Under the pieces are notes generated by a model. That model was not told the origin of the DNA and made no database searches. It was given only the letters and a program-made list of their open reading frames with translations. The translations under genes and the position numbers were made by a program. 64,000 nt of DNA from Styela clava (lineage: Eukaryota). Every line of letters starts with the position of its first letter. Position 1 is the first letter of the stretch. The DNA lies in assembly GCF_964204865.1 (NCBI RefSeq), contig NC_135254.1, positions 6,510,001-6,574,000 on the forward strand, given 5' to 3'. Positions 15,201 to 26,327 of this stretch are shown here, piece by piece.

Positions 15201-18200
15201 CTTCATTGATTTTTGCAAACGCTGCAAAATAATTGATGTGAAGCAGCTTGTCGTCAAAGCTGGATGTGAACAATTCGGTACTGACTGGTACAGACAGATG
15301 TTGAAATCTGAAGTAGCCAAAGTAAGAAAATAATTTGTTATATGCACAATTTGCTTTATTCTTTGTATATATAAAATTAGTCAAAATACATTTTACTAGT
15401 AATCACCAATAACCTATGTATGGCCCATTCAAATGTAAATTTTCCTTTGCATCCTTCGATTTTAAATTTTCTCACCAAATTGCAGTTTTATTATCTCTTT
15501 CCAGTGATCACCTATGACTTAAAGTTGACCTTCTTATGTGCAATACCTTATTACCTCAGGCAAATTCTCATGAAAAATCGCCATCAAACTTATAACACTC
15601 TTTTAATTTGCAGAGATTAATCCCTAATAACTGGAAAGATCTGTTGGCTGAGTATGACAAAACCCCTTGGCTTCTCTTTGATGAAATATTGGCCGAAGAG
15701 GAGGGCGGCTTCAGAAAACCTATACAAGGATATGCTGATTTTATTTCTGAACTTGCAGCTAAACCACCAAGCCGAAACAAACTGTACTACTCGGTGAGAA
15801 GAAAGTATCAACAAGGCCTAGATCTGACCAGAATTACCATCGATGATGTAGAATTTTCCATCTTTAAAGAAACGGATGACAAACTTGTTTCTCTATTCAA
15901 AAATATAAAATCAATCACAAATTCAAGAGAGCGTGGCTTTGTCCAATTACTTGTGATGTCATTAGCAACAACCTTGAGGAAAAGTTGCTATATGATGTCC
16001 GGCTTTGCCCAGTTTGCATTCAAACCAGGTCAAACTAGTAGGCTATCTTTACCAACCATGTTTGCTGAAAAATTCGATCCAAACTTCGAAGATGCCACCT
16101 TAATCATAACCTTCATACTACATGCCAGTATACTGATCGGTTTTACTAATAATGAACAGGCTGTTATAACGTGAGTTTATTATATTTATACAAAACTTAC
16201 ATTAATCTACAATTTCGCTTGAAGATAAAATTTATTTAAACAACCTTATGGCAAAAATCTGCAATAACGAGGAGTCTAGCAACCCATATAATTACGGTAT
16301 CCGACACAGAATGCAATTTTGGACGGGGTGGTCAGAGGTGCAACGGCGTGCGAAGTGTTTTCTTAATATTTTCATGGCTGATAAATTTTTATTTGACGAT
16401 TTTGCAATTGGGTATATTTCTATATGTGGTATGATATTGACAATTTTGAAAGTCTGTTCCGGCTAAATAAATTGTAATAAAACACTTCCTTCAATGCAAG
16501 AATGAATGAAAATGAAATCAGCATTGAATTGCTCAAAAATTTCTAAAAAAAAAATTAGGATTAGAAATATTGCTCTTTTATGTTATCTATATCTTTTTGT
16601 TAATGATAAATACCTCTGTTTCAGCATGCTCAGTCGGTCAACTAGGACACATGAATTGAACAACTATCTAACAAAAGAGCTTTTTTCAATTTTGCTAAAA
16701 TTGAAAAGGATGTGGAGGATGAATATGAATGAAACTGTACTGATTATTCACCACATCCTAGAACAAATATGGGATACTAAGGTTTGAATCATTTATTCAA
16801 CTACTTGCTATGTGTTGTTGAGTGGATTATCTAACAATGTTGGCATCTGAGCTTCAATATTTTGTGATTAACCACAATCACATACCTCACTCAGGGTGTA
16901 ATAAAATGGGAAGGCTACAAACATGAGATATTTTAGCCTGTTATTTTTCTAAAGCCTTGTTCATAGCAAAATTATGGAACATTTTCCAAAATTGTAAACA
17001 AAAAGGGAATAAGTAATTATGAAAGTAATATACAAATATTTCCTATTAATTATGGATACAAAAGTTTTATAGTATATGATCCGAACTAACCAGAATAATA
17101 ACTTACGGCAGAGGCGCAGCAAGCGAGGGAGGGGGGGGGGGGGGGGGATGGGGGTCGGGGGTTACTTTGGACATAAGTTTCTGCAAGGTGAAGTAGAGCG
17201 TTGTCTTCAACACAATTTTGGTACTTTTTCGGATTTTATTGCGTGTAAAAAAAAAATTGGCGTAGACTAGGCAGATGGGAAGCCGTCATTTTTCGTTGCT
17301 GGGAGCAATAGCGAAATCTAGTTTCAAATACTTCCTATCATACTGCCTACTAAAGTCTCCCTTTTGTTATTTTCTTGTTTCCATATCAACATTGCTGCAA
17401 GGTCGTTTCGAGGCAATTGTAAAGTTAAAGTAGGAGTCTCTTGCTCTGTCCTGTCAACACCTGACATGGCGTCATTACTTTGTATATTGCAATTTTTTAT
17501 AATATATTAATATTGGAATGTATTTGACGGACTGGCAGCAAGGTTGCCACGGACCGGCGGTTGGTACCACTGGTTTGGACCGAATTAGCTTCAAATAAAA
17601 ATCAATTAGTATAAATTCTACTTATTTATTAGATAAAAATATTGCTGTATGAAGTTAAAAAACATTGCCCATGATTAGGGTTTGATTTAGATCAGACATG
17701 GGCAATCTACGGCCTGCAGGCCAGATCCGGCCCGTTGGGTAATTCAATCTGGCCCGCCAAATGCTGCCACAATGACGCCAAAGCCAAATTTAGATGTTTA
17801 AGTTAAAACTAACTGGAATTTGTTAAGATTGCGATTAAACTTAGTTTTGAAACAAGGCTCATTATTTTACACCTTTGCTTTAGTAACACTTCAAATATGT
17901 TCATACAATGTAACTTTTACGTCTCACTTACATGGTCCGACAGTCTAGATGGGCAAAAGCCTCAGGTCCAGAAACCTTGCCCACCCCTGATTTAGATCAT
18001 TAACTATCTCTTCATTACCAGGTGGTGATTTTTTTGGCAGGGAGGATTTCTGACTGTGTCTCAGTTCTTTATGCACAGCATCATTTCAGATTTGCATATG
18101 TGAATTTTGCAATTGTTTATAAGATATGACATACCTCGTTTGAGAAATCTCTTACCTAACTACTACACTTCAAAAAATGGAAATCTTTTTGATTTATCAA

Positions 18201-21200
18201 ATCAACCTAAGGCAATTACAACTTGGGCAAAAACTGCATTGTTCTAATATGGTTAAAACTTTTGCAGTCTCATCCAGGCATGGAAAAATTTGACTGGATA
18301 ACATCAGAAGGGAGATTTAGATGGAAAACCGATTTTCGAGAAAAATACCTGTCTTATGTTCTAAACTCTATCGACAATACTCTGAAGAACCTTAAGGCTG
18401 AGAAAAAACGTCATCTCTCGCAATCTAACTTATTTAAGTATGTGAACAAATGGTGAAAGTAGGTTAAATTGGTATCATTCAATGCATGCAAATTTAGGAA
18501 TGACGTTGGAATGAATTCTATCCCTTTTTCGATTTCCACTCGCCTTGAAAACGGATTTAAATGCAATCCGCAAATTGTTGTGTAACTGCTGAAAATTGCA
18601 AAAAAAATCAATCTATCATTGTCTTTGCATTCCATGTAAAATAATTATTATTTTTGGACAACAATCACAAATAATTGTGTTTTTGTCTGTTAACAATTAT
18701 ATCAATGGTATATTTTCAAAGTTGGAAACATCTTTGTCTGGTTTTCTGCTTAGTTTGCTTTTCTTGTAATATATTCATATAATCTTGATCTTTGTGAGTT
18801 TTCTGGCTGAGAAGCATAATATTGTGGATGTGGTAAAGTGCATGCAATTGGCTATGCAAGAGATAAAGTATTTATGTCCTAACTTATTAGAAAATCTTGT
18901 GAAAACCCCCATCCAGTTCAGTCTAATTTGGCATGAAAGTAGTTCAATTTGTTCCAGAAATAAATGAGTTAAAAAAATGCGGAGTTAAAAGTTGAAATTT
19001 AAACTTAAAGAAACTTGAAGATGAAATTAAGCATATTTTAGCATTATTGAGGCTTGTTTGGTTATATTTTCACAGGTTTTTGCATGATTGTAATATGTCT
19101 GATCATGACGTGGTTGAAAACCTGCTGTGGAAAAGAGAATCACTTTGCTGCTATACTGAGCTTTGTTGCTTTGAACGACTCTTGCAAGTTTTAGATGAAT
19201 CAAATAAAAGTAAGAATTTTTTTTTAAATTAGCAACAATCTATATATTATATTATTTGTATTTTCAGTTTAAAATCACTAAATCCATTTTACACTTTGTT
19301 GACATACTTTGAGATGTGCAAAACCATAAATTTGAAATTCTATAAATTTGAATTATGACATTTCTAACATCTAACCTGAAATAAATACCAAAGGTATAAT
19401 TGAAATCTGGTGGCCCCTCTTTCAGATGCCAGTACAGCTTGTGAAATAGTTGTTCACTCAATCATTTTAAATGCATCAACTTCAAGTCCATGCATCTGAT
19501 AAATATGTGAATCGTATCCTGCAAATTCTCACTTGGATGGGTAAATAACGTAGTCGGGGTGATCAACTGAAATGCTGAGGAGTCCAGTAATTCTGTTACA
19601 TTGATGATTAAGAATAAGATAATAAACTGCAAACCAACGCAGAATAGACATTGGTGCATTAACAAACATGCTTTGCATTGTGCAGTATTGCTTGCAATGC
19701 ATTGAACTCCTTCTTTCTGATGAATCAACAATACAATACATAGTTGAGTTGGAAAGGTTTATTTTGCAATCGAAAATAAAATGTGGACCGCGTATACTAA
19801 TAAAAAACTTTATTTCCGTGACAGGGAGCATTCTCAAAAGTGTACTAACTACGGAAAATTTGGATCTCATTGAAGGATTGGAGACTGTGCTGAAACTACA
19901 TTATATTTTGATAAAAAGGTTATATTAATCATTTTTATACAATCAAAATTTTCAAGAGTTATTGGGGAATATGCTAGCCTCAGTAGTATTTGGCCCTTCA
20001 GTATCTTTCGTAACTTTGCTCATAGACCACTGACCTTTATTTCTGTGTGGGTGCTCGTCACCCGATTTGAGCAAATTTCCTTAAAATGAAACACAATTTT
20101 CCTCTATCTGAATTAATATTTTTTTGTTACGGAAAGTTATGTTGCATTGCTGGGCTCTTTGTGCAGTTAATGTAATAAAATATGTTGTTCTAAACTTTCA
20201 AAACTTGTTCATCTGAAAAAAGGTTTTTGTTGTCAAACTTGATATGCTGTGGACTCTCGCTGGTTGAATAAACAGTATGTACAAAACTATTCAAGTTAGG
20301 AACTTGAACAACTTCAAGTCTGCTCTAACTACTAGTCAATTAGTATTTACTGATGTACAGTTATACAGGGTTTTTCAAAAGTAAGTATACACTCATCATT
20401 TTGTAATAAAAGGTACTCAGATTCTTTTCAGGTACTCATCATAGATTGTTCACTTCTCGTTCGTTCAAAACATAGTATGGTAAAGTTTAAGTATTGTTCG
20501 CATTTTTCATCAACCCACAGAATGACGAGGAGATTAATCTAATAAATGAGGTGCAAAATTTCTGTTTGTCAAAAAGCATATAAATCGGTAAGGCAAACTT
20601 AGCGCATTTTTTACCTTGTCATTCTGTGGGTTGATGAAAAATGCAAACAATACCTAAATTTTACGACTTATCCATTCTTTTTTTTTTGAAGAAATGAACG
20701 ATCTATGATGAGTACCTGAAAAGCAAAGCAAAATTAAAGTGTAAACTTACTTTTGAGGCACCCTGTACATTTTACAGAATGCCAGTAATCGTATCAGTAC
20801 CTCTTGACACTACAGTTGTAGCCTGGCTGTAACTTTGCTCAAAGATCAACTTCCTATATTTCTGAGTTCGTGACCTTGCCTTGAGGAAATTTCCTTTTAA
20901 AAAATAATAAACGTGGTCGATAATTTTTATATATTTATTTTTGGGGAAATATAATATCACAATATTCAATTAATTCAATCAGAGTTTAAGCATGTATACA
21001 TTTTGTGGAGTAATACGAGTGGAGTTTACTTATCGTGTGACATATACTGACGTATACTTATGGAAGTACAAACAAATATATACATATCTCTCTGTATTTT
21101 CTCCAAGGTGCCAAGGATTTTTGTCATACGAAGAAGCTGAAACTGGAGAATTAAAAAATTATTTGAAAAATAATGAAGAAGTACAAATAGCGAAAATCTA

Positions 21201-24200
21201 TATTGACCTTTGGAATGAGGTATTACTAATGATGTCAAAAATAATATAAAGATTCTTAAGGAAGAGTCAATACGATGACTTAATATCATATGGTTTATGG
21301 CAAAATACAACTTCATGTCTTGAATTGTTCGGTCCTCTTACGCATGATCTTCGTTTCTTCAGTTCAAACTTGTGTCTCTTTCTTATGGTACTCGGCGGCA
21401 CAAAAGCAGGAGTTTTCTAAATATTTAATTGGAATAATTTTTTTTTTCAGACAGTACCGACCCTTAAATCAAAATCTGCGGCACATGCTTTGCTTGCAGA
21501 CCATATTCATACAGTGACTCTAGATAGCCCGGTGGCTATGTTTCTACCAAGCAATATTGGACAAGGACAATGTGCAAAGATGTTTGCAGAATATCTTATT
21601 GACGTACAAAACACTCTTATTGATAAATGCAAAGTCTCTGAAAATATTACTTGCGAGTATGTTCCTAAATGATGGTGGTTCATTTTATATAATATTGTGA
21701 TCCTTCTATAGCATTCTATATTTGTTTAATAGCATGATGTTTTGATAGCATAAATCGATACAATTTGGTCATTGTACCTTAAAAAATATATTTAAATTTC
21801 AGTCCTACCTGCTATAAATCCGTAAACTTTCATTGTCCTAAGTCGCCTAATTTTTTGATGTAGAAATCGGTATTTTCAATAAAAAATAGGGTTTTAAAGT
21901 TTTTTAACACAATGCTTAAGTTTTTGCTCAATGCTATAGTTTTTTAACACAAATTTTCTTTATCCTGGATACAAATTCAAAATTATTCCAATCTGGAGTT
22001 TGAATCAATATGTTTGTCTATTTGGAGTAATGGGTATAGAAATGTGGTCATGCTAGTAAATGTGTGTAAGCAAGTTATGAGTATCATGAGATTGGTGGTA
22101 TAATATCGGTGGAAAGCATGATTTTACCATTAGATATATTCTGCATTAGTCATATTGTGGTATAACACCAGCAAGAAAGAATGAATCCACTGTTATATTC
22201 ACAGGTTCAATGAAATTGATGTCAGTGATGTTACAAGTGCTCATTTGATATGTATAGAGAAGCATCGTGACATTCTTCCTTTGATACAAACTCATGCTGT
22301 TTACACGATTGAAGTGGATGAGTTTGGGAAGCATCACAATGTTATATACAAGCTTGATATCTTGGAGAAACTGGTAAAAAACACCAAATCTTTTTGAAAA
22401 GTGAATAAATAAAGAACAAATAAATAAAAGTACATCTTCAATGCAGTTTAAATAAACCATTCTAAATTTTTTTATTTCTTTTTTGTTCTATTTGGTATTG
22501 GGATACATTTTCCCAGAAAGTCTAAACTTTCAAAAGTCTTGCACCAAATTTTCACAAAATTTAGCTTTAATCTGCTTGTCCAACTAAATCTGACTATGAT
22601 AAGATAAAACATAGAATAAAATTTGTATAAATGTGATAAATGATTCATATATTACTGAATTTTATACATATTGCTTTCAAGTTAGGACTTGAAATACTTG
22701 ACAAAGTATAATGTTAAATGTGCAATTTGAATATTTTGACAGGTGGAAGTCAGATATTTGAAAGATAAAAGAATTATCAGAAAAAAGGTAAAAGTAGTAT
22801 TTTATATTGAATATTTTTTTACAAAAATTAGGTTGAAAGAGTACCTTAGTTAAAAATAAACTATATTATTTAACATTAAAAATTATATTTTTTAGACATT
22901 GCCTCGAATCTGGTACAGCAGTATCACCGGTATGGAGAGCGACTGGAGTGGCGTTATTTCAAACAATGAACAAGTAAGAAAGTCCTCAAAAAACTTTCAG
23001 ACACTTTTTCAATTTCATTTAGAAATTAAAAGATATTGATTGCACTCATTTTTTACAACAGTTAAAATGACATTGTGATGCAGATAGCTTAGTGCAGTGG
23101 TTCCCAAACATTTAAAAAAAAAAAATTCCATGGCGGACACCTTGCAATTTTTTAATGATTCTCGGCCTTGTGCTTCAAAACAAAACATTAGAAGATCACA
23201 ACAAAAAACCAATGCACCGTATAGTGAAACAAACAAAAAAATATAAAGCGCAACTCTAATGGCATGTGTGACATCCAGTCATTTTCGATATTTGGTAAAC
23301 GTGAAAAAGGAGATTCTTCAGTTGATTCCGTTTCCCAACTGAAGAATATCCCCCTCCCCCAATCCATCTGAGCCGATAATACCAGTTGATCCTTTATTCG
23401 ACCTGGTGCATACCAGTTGATCCTTCATTTCACCTGGACTAATTATTTGGTAGGGTTAGATGGTCTTAGTTGGGGTGGAGATTCTACAGTTGGTCTAACT
23501 TGGGGTGGAGATTCTTCAGTTGGGTTACCGGGGGGAGATTCTTCAGTTGATCCTTTTTTTTTAAATGTATTGACCTGATGGTGGAGGTAGCCACTATTTG
23601 ACGGTGAAGAATCTATCAATTCTTTCCTGTCATGCAAACCCACGCATGGCAATCGCAGGTGCAAAGACAAGTGTATTTCTAACTCTAAGCATGATGCGCC
23701 ACCGAACGTGAATAAATTTTGACTTTATTATATTATTTCGTAAATTTTGATTCCACAGAAGGAGTTGTCTGTCATTTTGAAGATGCAGGCTGATGGCTTA
23801 GCGTCATATTCCTCAATCGTGTACTCAGCTGTGAGATCTCTTGAGGATGGAATTAGGCGATTGGCAACGGTACGTTGCTTATAAATCAGTTATATTAATA
23901 TACTTCTATAATTTAAATTTGAGATGTTCGTTTCCATGCGATCATTAAGGTAATGTGAATTATGTCACCTTAATTCCGCCTAAAGGTGTAGGTTTTAATT
24001 TTGTTTAATGCAGAGAATACCAACGAAGTGCGACGATACAATTTTTATGATACCTCCCAAATAACTGGCGGTATTGGCATATTTTTTGGCATAAATCAGT
24101 TCACATACCAGTAGCAGTCATGTATAACTGTGGTAAAAATTTCCTTTCCAGGTGCATATGGAACCCAAAATGAGATTGAAACTATTTCTGGAAGAAGAAT

Positions 24201-26184
24201 GCAAGATATCTTCTTCTGAGCTGGAAGGAATTCCCTCAACGGCTAACATTGAGCACACATTGGCATTATACTCGAGACTGTCTTGGCATCGTTCTAAACT
24301 GTATTTCTCTCGTGGACTTGATCCATATTCTGAAATACTTCCAGAAGGTATATTTCTGATGTATAAAAATTTTCGGACTTCCAGAAGTATGTGCCCCAAG
24401 ATGGCGCAAAACCTGAACATAGTATGTGTACCAGGTTGGGATTCAGGTTGTGCGCGGAAGCGCCAAATTTTCTCATAGCCAGCTCTATATGTATCTACCT
24501 AAATAAAATGAATGAAAAAAGAAAAGGAATTCAATTTAAAAATGAAATAAATCAAATGAGGTAATAAGTTGGATAGTTCAGAATAGATATCCAATCAAAT
24601 GAATGAGGTCTTTTGAATCAACATAATATGACCATCAAACTACAAAATTCAGACAGAGGGTAGAAAATAGTACCGGTAGGTATAAAAACAAACAGCAGCA
24701 GGAATATTTACCACTGCAGCAGGCTTGTCAAAAAACTTTGATAGTTTGCATATTTTTTTGCTAACAAGCTATACATGTTGCATAGGTTCTCAAGAAGCAG
24801 TAAAAATTGAACCCAAAGATGAACCAATAAAAAAACCCGAAGATGAAGCAGGAAAAGACAAATCCATAATCGATAACAAAGAAGAGATAAAATATAAATC
24901 CACACACGATAAGCTGAATGAATTACTACAATCCAAAGATATCAATGTTTGTCAACAGCACATAAATGAAGTAATAATTCGTTTGCCTGGCACTTCTCCA
25001 GAAAAAGGGTAATTGAAATTAACTTCAGAACATTAATTTTTGATAATAATAATTTGAAGAGAATGAAGTATGTTTGAAAATGTTATTTATAAATCATATA
25101 TAAGAACTGGAGTGGGCAAGGTTCTCGAACCACGGGCCAAAAATTTTGCCCACCTAGATCAGTGTGCTGTAAAAAGTTACATTTTACGATCAATATTTTT
25201 AGTGTTACAAAAGCAAAAGTGGAAAACAATAAGCCACGTGTTAAAACCAAATTTAATCGCAATCTCACAAATTCCTTGAGCTATTTTTTTAGATAAAATA
25301 TCATAATTTTGTTTTACCTTAGTGGTGGCAGCATCGGGTGGGCCAAACTAAATTACTATTTTGTCATGTTCATTGAGGTATTTTTGCAGTCATGCAGACA
25401 TCTTTTCTCGTTAGCTATCAGTAAAAGTGCTGGTATTTTTTTAGTATCCGACTATTACTAATCTTAACTTAATATATAGTGTCCAACTTTTTCCCAGAAA
25501 CGTTAAAATAAAAGTGCCGGAAAAGCATTGCTTCAAAATAATTTAGTAGGTAGTTCACCTGTTCTATAAATAACAAGTTGTATTTTTGCTATGCAGCGTC
25601 ATCCAGCGATGCTGTTCTCGCATAAAAACATTTCGCGCTGTGCAAATTTTGTAGTTTAAGCTAAGTTGTAAGTTTTAAATGTGCCGCTGACAAGAACGCC
25701 GAATGGTTATTTCGTTGATATCCTGTTCATTTGGTACAACTATTTTATGATCTTTCTTGATTTTATTTTTTTCACCGGAATGGCTAAGAAAAACGATTTA
25801 ATTGATTGATTGATTACCCAACGGGATGGATTTGACCCACGGTCCATAGTTCGCTCATGTCAGTATTAGAATCACACAATATTTTAGACTGAAACATACC
25901 ACCTTTTTTTTTTCAAAAACCAAAAAATATTTGAAGCTGATCTTGATTTATTCGTTTGTTTGTTATTAGGTCACTGACTCAGGGTTTTTCAATAAAATGT
26001 ATGAATATATATATATATATTTATATTGTGTTTCAGGCTTGCGAAAGATGTGTTTCCACATGTCAAATCTCCATTTCTCAATCAAGTCAAAATCACACAA
26101 TGGTATTCAGAATTATCTGATGATATTCGTTTCAAGCACATTTCTTTTTTATTCAAGCAGACGATGAAGTTTCAACCTAAATAA
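221..26184 (+). CDS. RNF213: RNF213/mysterin-like AAA+ ATPase / RING E3 ligase, 5'-partial, 21 exons, ~3,060 aa visible
   Basis: Phase-consistent exon chain: 221-384, 949-1105, 4971-5161, 5700-5840, 8815-10815, 10890-11060, 11359-15321, 15614-16170, 16625-16781, 18268-18437, 19076-19209, 19825-19918, 21108-21219, 21451-21656, 22205-22373, 22743-22787, 22896-22973, 23759-23869, 24152-24347, 24786-25008, 26037-26184 (TAA). Motifs recognised from RNF213: VGAGKS, GETGCGKT, FFDEANT, SLRDVER, GKPGSSKS, VLDEIGLAEDSPAMPLK, LDPAKLNRG, FFGLRDFYSLIK, GSSFPGD, LYDALNQ, PLLNRLEKH, C3HC4 RING. Symbol denotes the family; orthology is not established. Confidence 0.93.
1433..1718 (+). mobile_element. Helentron/HINE-like non-autonomous element, copy 1
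   Basis: About 285 bp homologous to 45074-45385 (opposite strand). ACAG/ACAA microsatellite near the 3' end; subterminal ACTTA(T/C)CGAT motif at both ends. Confidence 0.6.
2794..4017. mobile_element. hAT-like non-autonomous element with nested fragments
   Basis: Termini TAGAGCT...AGCTCTA, CCGATA subterminal repeats, near-duplicated flank GTGCCG(G/T). Confidence 0.55.
5982..7196. mobile_element. Degenerate TIR element with internal ~115-bp tandem repeats
   Basis: Imperfect inverted ends rich in TCGAATA. Three diverged direct units (GAATC..AAATTA..GGC..TTACC.C.C.TTTT) at about 6420-6690. Confidence 0.42.
7381..8189 (+). mobile_element. piggyBac-like non-autonomous element, copy 1
   Basis: Imperfect TIRs CCTGTTTTAGACT / CCTGCTTTCGTCT, flanks TTTA and TTGA (degenerate TTAA). 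Extensive identity to 38318-39251 in inverted orientation; lacks about 125 bp present in copy 2. Confidence 0.7.
8815..10815 (+). CDS. RNF213: RNF213-like large exon (2,001 nt): AAA3 module and AAA4 Walker A
   Basis: Acceptor tttcag|CAC at 8815, donor CAG|gtgtgt at 10816. Matches ORF 8830-10839. GETGCGKT at 9652-9675, GKPGSSKS at 10717-10740. Confidence 0.93.
11359..15321 (+). CDS. RNF213: RNF213-like giant exon (3,963 nt): AAA4-AAA6 region, E3 scaffold and RING
   Basis: Acceptor ttttcag|GTT at 11359, donor AAA|gtaaga at 15322. Matches ORF 11389-15333. Confidence 0.93.
14491..14607 (+). other. C3HC4 RING finger domain within the RNF213-like CDS
   Basis: CKNC-x11-CGH-x2-C-x2-C-x11-CPQC; all eight Zn ligands present. 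Confidence 0.92.
17693..17989. mobile_element. hAT-type MITE
   Basis: CAGACATGGGCAA...TTGCCCACCCCTG with exact 8-bp TSD ATTTAGAT. Confidence 0.82.
20366..20765. mobile_element. Tc1/mariner-type foldback MITE
   Basis: TA|CAGGGT..TCAAAAGTAAGT ... ACTTACTTTTGAGGCACCCTG|TA. Inverted arms extend well over 100 bp (CATTTTTCATCAACCCACAGAATGAC / GTCATTCTGTGGGTTGATGAAAAATG). Confidence 0.85.
23308..23553. repeat. Cluster of ~30-bp direct and inverted repeats (GGAGATTCTTCAGTTG core)
   Basis: Core at about 23309, 23477, 23507 and 23534, with an inverted copy at about 23337. Duplicated ATACCAGTTGATCCTT at about 23380 and 23410. Probably transposon subterminal repeats. Confidence 0.65.
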
Positions 26185-26321
26185 TTATTTTGTCGATATT
26201 TAATACAAATACATTATTAACATGGGGCATATCCCACACACATCCTAGCGCTGCAATCCACATTTTGGTTGAATTTTACAGTATAATAATTTTATGTTTT
26301 ATTGTGATCGTGCGTCACGGA

Positions 26322-26327
26322 AATAAA
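26322..26327 (+). terminator. Candidate polyadenylation signal of the RNF213-like gene
   Basis: AATAAA about 140 nt downstream of the stop codon at 26184; position only. Confidence 0.45.

Noticed and set aside
9357-15384. Multiple antisense ORFs over the large RNF213-like exons
   Set aside because: Typical shadow ORFs opposite long coding sequence.
18785-18967. 60-aa ORF faintly resembling a hAT dimerisation domain
   Set aside because: Lacks the ERxFS motif; the resemblance is too weak to call.
19264-19824. Overlapping short ORFs suggesting a Tc1/mariner transposase relic, or a longer RNF213-like exon
   Set aside because: No convincing DDE or WPPRSPDL motif. Only 19825-19918 has a good acceptor, the correct phase and homology.
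21653-21658. Second GC donor (T|gcgagt)
   Set aside because: The GT donor at 21657 gives the phase needed by exon 22205.
23443-23670. Minus-strand ORF with repeated TEESPP peptide
   Set aside because: It is a translation of ~30-bp DNA repeats in an intron, with a non-ATG start and no splice context.
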